The position numbers were made by a program, and so were the translations under genes. 64,000 nt of DNA from Hamiltosporidium tvaerminnensis FI-OER-3-3 (Eukaryota > Fungi > Microsporidia): contig CM061247.1 in the NCBI GenBank assembly GCA_022605425.2, positions 992,001 to 1,056,000 of the forward strand, read 5' to 3'. This document shows positions 21,383 through 35,632 of the stretch, one piece after another. Each line of letters opens with the position of its first letter. Position 1 is the stretch's first letter. Under the pieces are notes generated by a model, which saw only the letters and a program-made list of their open reading frames with translations, searched no databases and was not told the origin of the DNA.

Positions 21383-23650
21383 TTATACAGATTTTTCTTT
21401 ATTACTTAATGTTTCTATTTCAAGAACAGAATCAACATCAAAATTCGAACAACAAATTCTAACCTTTGTAATTTTTAAGCATTTAAAAGAACTTTCGGAT
21501 AATGAAATTTTTTCTAAAACTTTAAATTTTGAAAGAAAAAGAATGTCTTTTGCACTGATAGTCAGCTCTTTTATTTCTAAGAATTTTAAATGTTTAGTTA
21601 AACCATGAGTTGTTAGATTGTTGAGTCGAGCATCTTCTTGTAAGTTTATTCCGTTCAATTTTAAAACCTGAAGCTTTATAAGCCCACTTACAACTATAAG
21701 ATCAGTCCTATTTAGAGAATTATGACTTAAATCTAAGAATGAGATTTTATTTGATTTTGTATCGTTGAAAAATAAGGATACAGAACCAGCGTAAAGCCCA
21801 CAGCGATCTAATACGATGTGTTCTAGATCGTTAAACATGCCTTTACAGGTAATAGGTATATTTTTTATTTTATTATTTGTCAAGATGAGTCGTCGAAGTA
21901 TCTTTTTAGATATAAGTTTGTTTAGATTAAGTAAATGAGAGGAATCTAAATTACATGTGTGTAGTTTTAAATTTTCTAATCTTGAAAAATTTAATATTTT
22001 TTCTATTTCCAAATGAGTTAGTGGCGTACCCTTGATTTTTAATGTTCTTAAAGTGTCATAAAATTGTTGTTCATTCAAATTGTAAAATAATGAAGAAATA
22101 TTTTGTATCCTGTAAAGTGTTAGAAATTCCAAATTTGGTAAAAACTGTATATTATGAATTTTCTTTGGTAATGAAAAGTCTTTTAATGCAAGTTCTTCTA
22201 ATTTAAGAAAATTTAAATTGACATTTTTTTTAATTCTAAAAGATAAGTTTTTAACTGATTTCATTTCCATCAATAGCAAGTATTTGAAATTATTCAGCAA
22301 TTCAAAGAAATTTTCATTTGTTTTTACAGCTTCCAATTTAATTTTACCAGAAAATTTGTTATCTTCTAGAGGTGATATATTGGCTAGACTATATGGATAT
22401 ATCAAACAGACGTTCTTAAGCTCTAAAATTTTGAATTGTGTTTTTTTAAGGAAGCTATGAATCAATTTGTTCATTTCCATGTTTTTAATTTCGATAATGA
22501 GAATAACCAATGTTTTTTCTGTATAAATTTCATCATCATCACAAGTACAATTCTCTAGTTTTATCTTTGCTATCTTTTTAAATTCAATGAAGCTTATAAG
22601 ATCAAGTGAACTCAATTGAATATTTTGTAATTTCATATTTCTTAATTTATTAATTCGAAATTCATTTATATTACTAATATAATTCTTAACGTTTAGACAA
22701 TTTTTCAGTTTTAGAAACATAAAGTCCTTATATATTAAACAATTTATTGCTTCATTAATGTTTATCAGATTAGAAAAATTACAATGATTGAATATTATTG
22801 TTTCAATGGTCTTTATTCCATTAAATATCCAATCATATAATTGCATGTTGTTGTTTTCGTTTATACTTGCAAAAAAAATGTTTAAGCTCCTATTTTCAAA
22901 TGTTAGGCTAAGTTCTTGATGTAATCCTTCTTCTGGTGGATAAACATCATGATTATGTATATTCATAGTTGTTAAAATAATTTTTGAATTGTCAAAAGTC
23001 ACTGAGATATTTATAAAATTCAAATATGAAATTAAAGCAGTAATGTAAAAATATCTTTGAGTAAATGCATCCGTGAAAATTAGGCAATACTGATTTTTAA
23101 TAATTTCGTTTAAATATTTGCCAGTAAAAGCCCAATAATTCAAACGCGAAAGTAATTTACGAAAGTAAATGTTTGTTTCGGGTATTAAACATAAAATACA
23201 ATTCATCAGTTGAATATATAAAAAACCGGGCAAATAAAAATTTATATCTGTTAGATCACATATAATTTCTATAAAAAACTCAAATACTTCCTTTGTTATC
23301 AAATGACCAACATAAAATGCAAGTTTTTTTGAATCTATTATATTTTCGATTTGTCCTATTTTAAATTTAATATTTCCGGGATAAATTATTCTTATACTGT
23401 TATTTTGTGTATTTGTTGTTAGTAAGGGGATATCAGTCGTTCGTTTCAATTTATTAGCTATGGCGCGATATGGTCTTAGTTTTTCAAACAATTCTTTTTC
23501 TTCATTACTTAATCTTAATTCTTCTACAAATAATGTTTCTCCTGTGAATTCGGAATCAGTCTTACTGAAGAAGAAAGTTACAGTTCGGGCTGTACAAATT
23601 CCTTCCGAGATTAATTCTAAAAATAGACTACAAAAATGATAGTATTTCAT
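21383..23650 (-). CDS. Leucine-rich-repeat-like, probably secreted protein (paralogue of 38934-41210)
   Basis: 755 aa with a hydrophobic/Cys N-terminus. LxxLxL repeats such as LEFLTLY, LENLKLHTCNL and ISFLDLSHNSL. Confidence 0.85.
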   Translation of the reverse strand: MKYYHFCSLFLELISEGICTARTVTFFFSKTDSEFTGETLFVEELRLSNEEKELFEKLRPYRAIANKLKRTTDIPLLTTNTQNNSIRIIYPGNIKFKIGQIENIIDSKKLAFYVGHLITKEVFEFFIEIICDLTDINFYLPGFLYIQLMNCILCLIPETNIYFRKLLSRLNYWAFTGKYLNEIIKNQYCLIFTDAFTQRYFYITALISYLNFINISVTFDNSKIILTTMNIHNHDVYPPEEGLHQELSLTFENRSLNIFFASINENNNMQLYDWIFNGIKTIETIIFNHCNFSNLININEAINCLIYKDFMFLKLKNCLNVKNYISNINEFRINKLRNMKLQNIQLSSLDLISFIEFKKIAKIKLENCTCDDDEIYTEKTLVILIIEIKNMEMNKLIHSFLKKTQFKILELKNVCLIYPYSLANISPLEDNKFSGKIKLEAVKTNENFFELLNNFKYLLLMEMKSVKNLSFRIKKNVNLNFLKLEELALKDFSLPKKIHNIQFLPNLEFLTLYRIQNISSLFYNLNEQQFYDTLRTLKIKGTPLTHLEIEKILNFSRLENLKLHTCNLDSSHLLNLNKLISKKILRRLILTNNKIKNIPITCKGMFNDLEHIVLDRCGLYAGSVSLFFNDTKSNKISFLDLSHNSLNRTDLIVVSGLIKLQVLKLNGINLQEDARLNNLTTHGLTKHLKFLEIKELTISAKDILFLSKFKVLEKISLSESSFKCLKITKVRICCSNFDVDSVLEIETLSNKEKSV

Positions 23651-24549
23651 GTCACAAAGGCTTATGTTTCCAATATTATATTAATATTAATGAAATTAAA
23701 TTAAATTTAAATTTCTTAAGAAAGAAAAGGTTTTATTAATTATAATTAGGTTCCATAAAAATATTAAAAGACAAAAGAACGATTTTATTCTAAAAAAAAT
23801 AAAAAAATTTTAATATTCAACAGAATATAAAAAATTCTACAGATTATTTGAAAACACAAAATAGATCAAATCATTATTTTAAAATCACTGAGTTGAGAAA
23901 GAAAAACATGAGAATGCTGTTTTGCTTGATAAATGTTTCACTATAATGGTCATCTCAAATATCTCCAAAACACGTAATTTATATAACTCAATTTGTTCAA
24001 ACAATCCATTCTGACTATTGCGTTAAAAAATATATACATATTAGATTGTCTATAATAAACGACAAGAAGCTAAAAATATTCTGTTGGTTGATATTAATCT
24101 ATATCAGAGAAGGATCTAATTGTAGATTTTATAATTTAGTATAATGCATAGTGCAATACAATAATTTGATAATATCGACTTTGAATCAGAAACAAGAATA
24201 GAATTAAAATAAATAAAACGGGAAAAAACTTTGAAATAAGGTAACGGTAAGAAAATTTCGTTATATTTGCAATTTACTAGCATAATAAATTACATTATAT
24301 AGCACAAAATTATATAGAATGAGTTAAATATTTTATTTATTAAAATTATTGTTAAAAAATTTCTCCCTTGTTTATTCATGAGCTTGAGAATGTATTTTAT
24401 AATGTAAATCCACTCTATGTATATAGCTTCGGTTGATGCGATTTTTTTCCGTCATAAAAAATAACTGATATTTCATTCAGTTTCCCATTTTCTTGTTTAA
24501 CTCATCATCTCCTTAATTTTATTGATTCTCTAAGGCAGATTGTTTGCTT

Positions 24550-25350
24550 ATAACGTCTCTTTGCAAATATTTCACGATCTACTTTCGTAATTCTGTTAGC
24601 TAGCTCAACTGATTTAATTCCTTTTCTTCGGTAACAATATATTTTCTCTGCATCTTCTTGGGAAATCTAATTAAATATATGCTTCATGTTTTACTAGTAT
24701 TCGGGCGGGTTTAGATATATTTCGTTTAGTCATAAGCGAAAGCATCATAGCTATTGCACAAAAATATATAGAAACTCCGAGGTTATAAATAAAAATTCAC
24801 AACTCTACTGAATTTTTCTCTTGATCATTTAGAGATTTACACCCATTCCACCCAAAAATTGTTGTAATTGCTACTTAAATGAGAGTTATCTTTATTTAAA
24901 TTTTATCAAACATAGATATACCAAATCTAATATACCAAACTTATAATCAATTTTTATTCTGATGTTTTTTTATTACGATGTTCCTTTTATTAACCTGTTT
25001 AACTTTGTGACTTCTGATTGGTTTTAGAACCTAAATTCATATATATTCAAAAGTTGTAAATCTAGTTTATTCTGATTAATTTAAGGGTTTTTTGTGTGTC
25101 AAATTTTATTAAACCATAACGAGTACCCGAATTTACCGACTGTTTCGCAATGATGAGGTATTGAAATATTTCTTCTGGTTTTAATAATAAGATTCTATTT
25201 TAGATGTAGCAATGGGTTTTCAGCATGCAATCTTAAATTATATTTATGTTGCACTTAGCGAGGTAGTAAAACACAGGTTTATTGTGTCAAAAATTGCATA
25301 AATTGAAGATAGGTTACTGGGCGAGTTGTTTTGGTATAGTTTGGCTACCA
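24550..25350 (-). mobile_element. Probable, highly decayed RLE-retrotransposon 3' relic
   Basis: Minus-strand remnants occur in the expected order (RN.K..I / FGIS / GWNG), resembling RNNRPDI / VGI / TWDG of the 1680-4680 element. The match is weak. Confidence 0.4.
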
Positions 25351-28053
25351 ATACCAGTATAATTTTTTGTCGACATTTTAATATCATCTTTTTTTTTACT
25401 AATGAGAGCTTTTTTTAGGAAAAGCTAAACTACATTGGGATATTAAAAATTTAAGATTGATGCCTTTCAGTTAAAAAATTCTATTTTCTTGTACAATAAT
25501 TATTTTCTGAAGTTTTTTTTGCTAAAACCAAACACAAGATTTTATCCTGGATATTTTTAACCAAGGGAATATAAAACTCCTTTTTTGTTTAAAGTTAATC
25601 TATAACTTTTATAGCAAAAATTCACGTGCAGGAAATCTAACTGAAATAAATTGGCAAAATAAATTCGATTTATACTGCATTATGGTTTTAGTTACATCAT
25701 CATGGGATAATCTACTATATGTAACAGTTTTTCTACTTGATGATTGGGATTATTTTAGATAACAAACCATTTATGTCTCTCTCGCTATTCATTTTTTATT
25801 CCTAAATATCTGCAAACTGATTCTTCTAGTAGTTAAGCTGCTTTTTTGCAACATAAAAGTTTAAATTTTTTGTGCATATAATATCATCGCCGAGCTCAAC
25901 ACCTTATTCTAAACAAGATAGATTGTAAAATCTTTTGAAATTAAATAAGTGACTAATTTATTATAAGAATATTAAGACATCAATTACAAGTATACTATTG
26001 ATTAGGCATATATTTGTATTTGTGGAATCTTTGTCTTTTATATCTCTCGGCGAGCCTTATGAGTATTTATTTATTTATAGAAAGCAAGACGGCTATAACC
26101 ATTCGTTTCCGTTTTTATTTTGTTACTAATCTCGCTGATTGACGCTATAAAATATACCGATATATATTTTTATTTTGATATTTTGCTTTTTAAATTTTTG
26201 AAACATATCAATAAAACAAAAAACAAGAAAATATTTCTAAATAGACCTACGAGTAAAATAATATGCTTTTTCAAACTATTAAATTTCCTTTAAGCTTTTT
26301 AGTACTTTACAAACAAACCATTAATCTAAGCTAATATTTCGCCATTTGATCCACCTTTTCCACCCCTGTTATATTCAAACGAAATATCCGATCTTTTGTT
26401 TTAAAGTTACAATTTTTGTCACATTTAGTCGTCGACTTGTCACGTTAGAAATACAATAAATTGACTTTTAGTCAGAGCTTACAATGATATGCATCTAAAC
26501 TTTTATACGTTGAACTGGTAAAACTAATTAACTCTTCATTTACGTTTTGGAATATCAATTCACGATAAATATATATATTTTTAAGATTTGTTTGTTTCTT
26601 ACTAAAAAAATTATTTCCCCAATTTAATGAAATTTTTTTCGAATCGAAAAGCCAACATATTATACTTATTATATGTTACTATGTCATATTTCTTATTCTG
26701 AATTAAAGACCAAAGGCCTGTAATACAAATATGATTTGTCATATATTTTTATCGCTGATATAAGATACCCTTCTAACCCCAATCATATACAGAATAGCTT
26801 GAAACAAAATCTACTTTTCAAAATAGTTTTCTAGTTTTCTAATTTTCTACTGCGTAATTTTTTAAATGAATACCTAAAGATCTATCCCATTTAAGCGAAA
26901 ACTTAAACGATATTTTGTACGGTCTAATTTTAATTTAATAAACATGCTTTTGTTGCTAAACCTTGCCTCAAAAACATTAAATCTCTTCTGGGTAGATATT
27001 CTTCCAGAAAATTTTTGTTTCGTTCATTTTTTTAGCATTTTAATTTTTTTCGCAGCGAAGAGTTGCTTAACTGAATGTATTGCCTTGTTATAGCATTTTT
27101 GTGCGATTTTTAGAATATTTATAAAGTGTTAAAGAATTCAAATATATGAACTACGGCACATCCCCTGCCATTTTATTCTCAAAGGCTACGATTTTACCAT
27201 AAAGCAACCCAGTTGCTCATTCTAGGCTATACAATTATCTTATCGATTTCTAGTGTAAAATTTCTTGGTTTTAATCCTTCATTTTCTAAGGTTAGTATAA
27301 AGAACGAGGGTAATCCGGGAACATGGCCGAATGAAATCGTTGATGATTATAATTCGCCCTCCACTCTTTAATTTGCATTATTTCTCTTTTAACCCGATAT
27401 AAAGCCAAAATTTTCGTTGTGGTACCTTGTGATTTCTGACCATAGTTTCTTGATATTCTCTGAAATCGCTTTTGTACACTAGAAGCAGAAACTATACGAT
27501 TTCTGTATTGCAGCGTTGACAGTGTCTTAAATTGAAATAAATTCAATTATTTGATACCAAACGTAAAAACAGCACTGCCAAGATGTTTCGGGCACTTGAA
27601 TTATTTAAAACAGAGTCGTTCGGGTACAAAGACGAATAGTTGCAAAGTATTCAGGCTATGCCTCTCTCATGACAGTATATTTGTGATAACTGTGTGGTAG
27701 GATAGATGCTCATCTTATAAAGTCTCTCAGATATTTCCATTACATTATAGACTCAATATTATTATAAATTAATCCTTTTCAAAGTTTTTCCAAGCTCTTT
27801 TTTTTTCATTTTTACATATTAGTGCTAGAAATGTACGTTCTTAATTTTTAATGGGTTTCCTTATGTTAATATTCTAGAAATTAGAAAGGAAATTTAAACT
27901 TAAATTTGAGTTTACGTTTCTTGTCTTATATCTCGTTTCTATCCTTCTAAAATATATTTTATCTAAACAACGTTTTTATCAAAAAATAATTTTTAATTTA
28001 TCAGGATAAATATCTAATAATTAAATTTGTATACAATATTTGTCCCAGTAGCT

Positions 28054-30423
28054 ATGAAAAAAATTTTTATAAATTTTTGGGACTTAACTAAATTGCTGCA
28101 AATCAATATAGGAAAACTATCACTTACGATCTTTATATTAAGTATTTTAACACCTCTTAATTTTTCTGCTGCTCATAAGTTTGTATTTAAATTTGAAAGA
28201 AACGAAAATTCTGAAATTATATTTTATAGTGAAATTCAAAAGAATATTACTATTTTTGAAGGAAAGAACGAAGAATATTATTTAAGTGTCTTATACTGTT
28301 TAGATTCAAAACAATCTAAAACTTGTTTGAACTCTATTTTTACATATAAAAAAGAGAATTTTATTGGTTTTGAAGTATTAAATAAGCTGTTTAATTTCGA
28401 TACGTCAGAATCTCTAAATGGAAAAATTGAATGTAATTTTAATTTATTATATTTTCTGTCACTAACTAAAGATATTTCGGAATTATCAGAAAAAATAAAT
28501 TCCAATCAACTTATAATTCTGCTATTTATATTTAAAAGTTTGAAGGCGATTAAGAACAAAAATATTTTCGAACTTCTACAGCGTATATTTTTCAACTTAA
28601 TCAATCAACGTATTGATGAGCCAGGATCAGAGATATTTAATTCAGAAGAAATAAACAGGTTTCTGACTAGATATAAAATCGGTTTTTACTTTAAGAAAAA
28701 TCTACTGTCAGCATTTCTTAAAAATTTGATGGTAGAACATGTTTTTTATGATGAAAATTTAGTTTGGGTGAAGGATACGAAAGAAATATTTGATCCACAA
28801 CAATTAAATGAACATGTTCTATACAAGAATTTATTAATAAATGATTTTGAGATATTCGATTCTTTTGAGATGTTCATACGTAACCATTTTAGTTTAAATA
28901 TATTTCAAGCTCTACTAAATGGAATCGGCATTGAATCTTTAATAATAAATAATTCTCGAAGTAATCAAATTCACAGATCATTTTCTAGCCTTTTAAAGAA
29001 CTTTGTCTCTGGTTTTAAATCACTAAAATTTTCAAATCTTACAGGATCGACCGAAACCATTTTAAGAAAATTAAATGAAATCCCAAATTTAAACTTGGAG
29101 TTTTTCAGTATGAGGAAGTCAACGGCTGATAGTAATATTTTTTTTTCTCTGTTGAGAAAACAAAGACTGAAGGGCTTAGTATTAGACAATGTAACTATTA
29201 CATCTGATACTACAGAATTTTTTGACTATCTTACATCGAACCGAACATTGGAATACATATTTTTTAAAGATATCGAAATAACTTTTTATTGGTGGATATC
29301 TATAGTAAAGAAATCTACTATGGCTAGAATTATCCTTTCATTTGATTCGCCTTTTAAAGTGAATAAGTTTATTGATCAGTTTACAATGTCGAGTTATAAA
29401 AACAATATTTTACATTTAGATATTTGGTTTAATTTTTTTAAAATACCAAAAGAATTTTTTGATTTTTTGTGGTATTTTAGATGCCTAAAAACCTTGAAAA
29501 TTTTTGGTTATAAAGTTGATGAAAATATTGAATCGAGATTATACAGAGCAATTGAAAACATGAATGCTTTAAAAAACCTAGGAATTGAATATTCCGATTT
29601 TAGCGATGAAATATACAATTATTTCTTTGAGAAACAAGGCCTTAGTATTCTTCATATCAAAAACTCCTTTTCAAACCAAAAAGCTCTGAACATTAGTTTG
29701 TTCAATGCTAATTTGTTGTTTACTCAAATAATTTTAGAAAATATTGACATAAGTTTGAACACTATATTCGAGCTATTTAAATTAGAAAATTTAGAGGTTT
29801 TAGAACTTAGGCTTTCCAAGTTAAGCGATAATGGAAGCAGTGAGTCGTTAAACTTAAAATCAAGAAACATTGATTCCTTATCTCTAAATGGAATTGTTTT
29901 AAACTCCTTAAATTTTATAGATATTTTTAACAAATTGAATTGTTTAAAAACTTTACAATTATTCGAGTGTAGGAAATTTCCTTGTTATTTAGCCAATTTA
30001 GGCTTTGGATGCAATTTGACACTGAAAACACTTTGCTATAAAAATGGTGTTTTACATAAAGAAGATTTAGACAGATTAAAATTGCTTGCGGTTCTGGAGA
30101 AACTCGACTTCTATAAATGTGAATTCATTGAATGTAGTTTTGGAGAATTAGGAAAAGATTGTAGATTTTTGGGTTCACTCAAAAGCTTAGATTTGTCCAA
30201 TATTAACATAAATATCCAGGATTTAAAATACTTGCTTAATTTCAAGCATTTGAAAAACCTGGGACTTTTTTTTAATTATTTGCATTTACAAGGCGTGAAA
30301 TTCAATTTAGGTCGTTTAGCAAGAATTCATTTTTCTTTAAAAAATAGAAATATTAAAGCTAAGCCTAAAAATCTAAAAAGGTACTTGTATGAAAACAGTA
30401 TCGAAGAAATATCAGAAATTTGA
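28054..30423 (+). CDS. Leucine-rich-repeat-like, probably secreted protein
   Basis: ~790 aa from the first ATG at 28054. Hydrophobic segment LSLTIFILSILTPLNFSAA. Repeats LKTLKIF, LEVLELR, LEKLDFYKC and LKSLDLSNINI. Confidence 0.85.
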   Translation: MKKIFINFWDLTKLLQINIGKLSLTIFILSILTPLNFSAAHKFVFKFERNENSEIIFYSEIQKNITIFEGKNEEYYLSVLYCLDSKQSKTCLNSIFTYKKENFIGFEVLNKLFNFDTSESLNGKIECNFNLLYFLSLTKDISELSEKINSNQLIILLFIFKSLKAIKNKNIFELLQRIFFNLINQRIDEPGSEIFNSEEINRFLTRYKIGFYFKKNLLSAFLKNLMVEHVFYDENLVWVKDTKEIFDPQQLNEHVLYKNLLINDFEIFDSFEMFIRNHFSLNIFQALLNGIGIESLIINNSRSNQIHRSFSSLLKNFVSGFKSLKFSNLTGSTETILRKLNEIPNLNLEFFSMRKSTADSNIFFSLLRKQRLKGLVLDNVTITSDTTEFFDYLTSNRTLEYIFFKDIEITFYWWISIVKKSTMARIILSFDSPFKVNKFIDQFTMSSYKNNILHLDIWFNFFKIPKEFFDFLWYFRCLKTLKIFGYKVDENIESRLYRAIENMNALKNLGIEYSDFSDEIYNYFFEKQGLSILHIKNSFSNQKALNISLFNANLLFTQIILENIDISLNTIFELFKLENLEVLELRLSKLSDNGSSESLNLKSRNIDSLSLNGIVLNSLNFIDIFNKLNCLKTLQLFECRKFPCYLANLGFGCNLTLKTLCYKNGVLHKEDLDRLKLLAVLEKLDFYKCEFIECSFGELGKDCRFLGSLKSLDLSNININIQDLKYLLNFKHLKNLGLFFNYLHLQGVKFNLGRLARIHFSLKNRNIKAKPKNLKRYLYENSIEEISEI

Positions 30424-33149
30424 TTTTAAAATCTCAGGAAATTCTATTTATGTAAAAATCTTTATTAATGAGTTTTCTAAAATATTAAATATCAATAATT
30501 TCTTCTTAAGGCTATATTAATATATAATTTAAACAATATATAACCATTTTAATCTAATCTCATTCTCTTTTTTAATAATAATTTTAAACTTTAGATGAGG
30601 TATATTATAAACTTCTCTTTGTATTAGAGTATGTTCAATGATTTTTTTCAAACAAAAATATAAAATTTGCGCTATTTTTTGAAACGATTCCAGCATTACA
30701 AAGGTAGGATTTTTTGCTTCTGATTTTTTTATTATTAAATTATCTATAGATTCGTGTAATTTCTTTTTATTTTAATTGATTCTACAATCATTCATTGTCA
30801 TACCCATAACTAAATTCTTTCATTACTCACTAAAAAAAAAGATAAAATGATATCTATGCCATCTTAACACCAATCGTTGAACAAAGGGGGCATAAAAATT
30901 TAAACATTTCTTAACGAAAGACCTATTTAGCGGGCTGAAAACCCATTTAAAACATTCTTGTGTTATTAAGCAAAATTAGGGAAGCAAAAGTCCAAAAAAT
31001 GCATCTTGAATTCGGATTATATATATTTTCTAAAACATTCACAAAAAAACTAATCAATGCATCTAATTTAGAAGGTATTATATTAGAAATAAAAATTGAA
31101 ACCTATAAGCAATCAAAAATAATGCTTTTCAGCTAAAAGAAGAATATTTATTGTGCTGAATTTTCCGAATCGCAGGAAAAAATAGCTTTAATTCGTTCAG
31201 ATTCTATAATATATGTGGTAAAGTTTTGAAAAAATTACTAATGTTGTTTAGGTCGATACTAAACAGTAAATTCGTTCTTTGGAGAAATCATCGCTTCTTC
31301 CAGGTATAACTCAAAAGAGGTTCGATATTACACCAAAATTGATTTTTTTGATTTACGAAAACACAATTTTTTTTTTAAATATCTCTTCGTGTTAACTAAT
31401 AATATACTTTTATTTTACCAATGTAGACAAATTGCTTCAAAACGTTGCTAAATATTCGACTGAATGTTTTATAATGAAAGATAACGCTAAAATACCTCAT
31501 GCTGGCAATAAAGTATATATTTCAAATAAATAAGTTAATAAACTATATTTAAAATTCTAAGTGTTAATGGTATGTTGGCCAGTTTCGATATCTGCGAGCA
31601 TAGGGCAAGTTTAGCGAGTAAATCAGACGATCGCAGATATATCGAAAAATTACGTTGTTTTTCTTGCTCTAATATTGCTTTCTATGCAAAAAGAAGTGAT
31701 AAAGACTGAAATTTGTTACGCTAATATGAGTTTATGTTCTCCTTCTGATTTTGAGGTGAATTTAACACATATATTGAACCGTAAAAATATCAAGCAACAT
31801 TAGACAATTAAAACAATGATAATTTGTGTGATAATCCAAACTGTCAACATATATTTCTAATAATGATAATCGTCGTGATAATAAATTGTGTACAAATAAT
31901 ACACTTTTATCAGAATATATACTATGTAATTTGTGCTATCTTAAATATTAGAACTGGTGCAGTACAAAGCAAAAAATCTGATTGGCTTAAAAGGTGCAAA
32001 AAACCAAGTATCTTTCAAAAAAAAAATTTCCGATGTTAATAATAAAAAAACTTATTTTTTTCTTTGGATTTTTTGATTAGTGCATAGAGCCTAAATATAA
32101 AAAAATACTAAGATTTTAAAATCCGCAAATCTTTACAAAATGATATATAGAGAATATTTAACGTGTTTCTGTGGATTTTTACGCACCAGAATAAGAATGT
32201 AGAGCGTATTGTGAAAAAATAATTCTACCGAAGTATCAAAATAAAACCATTTAGTCAGAATAAGTATGTTTCTCCATTTATATTTGTTTTTTTCTCTTCA
32301 TACCCTTTATTTTGCTCAGTTTGAAGTTTATACCTTCCTTTTTGTAATTATTTGTCAATAGGCGACTACTAATATGGTGCGAAAAGACTTCTAAACAGCT
32401 CGGATCCCTTTCAAAACATTTTTTTTACTTTTTTGATTTCAAATTTTCTCACTCAATCATAATTGAGGGTAATTGCGTACTCTATGCAGTATTTATTCAT
32501 CTTTCCGCTTGTAATTGTTCTTTCTTTCACTGAGGCATGTAATAATGGATTTCCTGACATTTCGATTACAATAATTTGTATCTCGTGTCTCTGCATCATA
32601 TTAGATCCTTTAATTTAAATGAACAGAATTATATAAAATATAAATAGTACTTTCTTTATTTATATTTTTTTTACCTATTATAAATAGTTATAGAGTTCAT
32701 ATTGTATGAAGTATCGTTTTTTGCTAGTTCTCTGGAAAAATTTTCATATCTTTGGTTCGAGGCGTGCGTCATGAATTCCATACATAATCAGTTTTTATGA
32801 TACTTCTATACATATTCTATTTCGTATTTCATGTTGTATATCGTGTTAAATACGGCGTGAAGCGGACAGGTAAGTTTTTTTGTGCCTTCAGTATATTTCT
32901 GATTGCTTCAGTGTTAAGAATTTAAAGTTATAAAAGTACTACATATTTGTAAGCACGATAGCTTTTTTAATTATAGTGAGTCAATTTTCACCGTATTTAT
33001 TGAGTCATCTTTGTTTAAATTTTTTTTCTAGATACTTTGTTTTGCCCTGGTTTATCTTTAGTCCGGCCTTTCTGATTACTCTATTACATATTATAGAAGA
33101 TTTTGAATCATCTTCGTTTTTAAAATAATATTTAAATAGTCCGAATAAC

Positions 33150-34500
33150 TAACTATCTCCGAGCGCTATAACACTTAGCGAACTCGGTCATCCTTCACGA
33201 TTCTCTTTATTCTTCTCCTTTGTCCACCAAGTTTTTTCATTGCAATTATTGAGTTTTCTTAAATCCTTTTCCGCCTCATCTAGCTATTCATTTCTCAATC
33301 TACCTCTTCTTCTCTTACCTTCAGATGTTGATCTAAGAATTTTGCTAACAGCTCTTTTCGTCGACATTTTTCTACATGCCCTAGACATCTAAGTCTTATC
33401 TGTTTCATAACGGTGAGAGAATTTGTTCTTCATAAGCTTGTATATTTCTAGATTCTTTCTAATCCTTCACTTAGTATTTTTAAATTTCGGGACGTATATT
33501 CTACTAGGCATCTATCTTTCCCATATTTCCAGCAGGGTATCGTCTCTTTTTGCCATAACATGTGTTTCGGAAAGTAAAGTACAACAGGACTAATAATCGT
33601 CAATATATTTGCCTTTTTGTCTTTTGATTTAACAGATTTGACTTCAGTAAGCAGCAGAACAAAGTGGGTCTTGTTGCCTGCTTTTTTTCTTTGTTTAATC
33701 TCAAGAGCATTTATGTTATTCTCGTTCAGAAATAATACCAGGTATTTAAAGATCGATATTCTTTAAGATATATGAATCGTTTTTAAAGAGTTTTTAGGGT
33801 ATTTACCGATTGAAGACATTATCTTATATTTTGTTTGCTTTCATTTATTATCATTTTGATTTTTCCTGATTCCGCTGCTAATATTCTTAAACTTAATCCT
33901 ATATCTTCTTGTTTTCTTTCCACGATGGCCACTTCATCTGCATATGCGATTTATTATGTGATTTCATTAATATTATAAGTCTTCTTTGCCAGCTTTCGGA
34001 TTATTCCTTTTAGTGCCAGATTGAACAGTACGCAAGATAATGTATCCCCATTTTTAGTCCTATATTAATGCTAAAATCTCTGGATTTGTTACTTTTTAAC
34101 AAGAATTATCCTTTTGTTTGTATCAGAGGCATTTTGATCAAACGAATAATTTTCATAGGAATTTTAAAATTTCTGAGTGTTCTATACAAAAATGCCCGAT
34201 AAATACTGTCATAGGCTTGCTTTTAGTCTAAAAAAAGATGATTCGCTATGATTTTATGTTAATTGCACATTCCGAGCATCATTATTATATCAAAGATTTA
34301 ATCGGTTGCTGAGCGGTCTCTTCTGAATCCACATTGATAAACTCGAAGAACGCTTTTCGCGTATTTCTCAAATCTTTTTGAAAATTTTTTGTGAGAATTT
34401 TGTATCCAATCTTCAGAAGACATAAAATTGTCAGAATAAGGTATAAAAAGTTTTTTTTGTTTAAAATTATATTTCGTTTAGTAGGTATCAATTTATAGAT
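33150..34500 (-). mobile_element. Decayed RTE-type LINE (RT plus 3' end)
   Basis: Minus-strand remnants AYDSIYR, GDTLSCVLFNLAL, AYADEVA and a C-terminal LDEAEKDLRKL, with many stops. Confidence 0.75.
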
Positions 34501-35407
34501 TTTTTGTAAATATTTTAAGATCGAAGAACACATCATAATTTATCATTCTGTTTGACATATGTTTAGTTCAATGTATTTGAAGTAAAATTTGCTAGAAATG
34601 CTTTTACTTGCATTAGAAAAGGTTTTTTATTTATCTTAATACGAAGCTCTAAATATTCAGAGCTTTTATTGTGTATGTAAAATGTTAGATAGCATAAGCT
34701 TGTAAGTTTTTTGAAAATGCGTAAAGCCTAGGAATATCTATTTTAAAATTTTTTTAGGCTCCTTCTCATTATAAATATTTAGTTTTTTTGTAAGAAATCA
34801 CGTACTGAATTCATATTTATAGTCTTTAAAAGCCTTTTCTATGCAAAGCTCATAAATATCTGCAACTATTTTGCATAGAGCTTTATAAAATATATTAGAT
34901 AAAGATATTCTCTATAAATAGTAAATTGTACCTTTAAATATTTTTTATTTCAAGAAGGATAATGCTTAATTTCCATTCATCAAGTATATTTCGCATATTA
35001 TATATTATTTATACCAATTTAACCATGTTTATTATTTACGCTTCACCTTTACGATTCGACTTCTGCAGTGTTTTAATCGTCTATCAGCTCCCTTGGATTT
35101 TTCCTGTTTATAATGACAGTTATTTTTCTCTGAAGCATTCGATTAATATCGATCTCGTTCGCTTAGGTTCTAATATTTTTATTAGCTATGTTATAACTAG
35201 TCCTTTTATTTTTTCTTGGTTTATCTTTTTCAATGTAATTTAAAAGTTTTTCGAAGTATCTGCCCTGTGTATAGAATAACATAGGTGAGCGGTAAAATAT
35301 TCTCTAGCTCTTCTTTGTATACTGATTTATGTTAAAAGGCTTCGATATTTGATTTCTATTAAATTATAAGGTCGTCATATCTGGTTATTTCCAAAAGCTT
35401 CTAAGAC

Positions 35408-35632
35408 GTGGAGAGAGAATAATCACATAAAAAATTATCTGGTTGGTAAAGATTGCCTATAATTAGTGCGAAATTTATTGTTGCCAATGCTGGTGATATT
35501 AACCACACCGGATATATAAACTAACCCACCATTACCCGAGTTACGACAGATTTAAAGAAACAAATGGAAAAATTCATTTGTGTTCTTCCAAAACATTGAG
35601 AGGCAAAAGATGAATGTAATAACTAAGTAATA
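35408..35632 (+). mobile_element. Short (~225 nt) SINE-like retroposon, copy A
   Basis: Head GTGGAGAGAGAATAATCACAT, tail TAAC/TAAG/TAA. TSD AAGCTTCTAAGAC (35395-407) vs AGGCATCTAAGAC (35633-45). Homologous to the copies at 53926 and 63755. Confidence 0.8.
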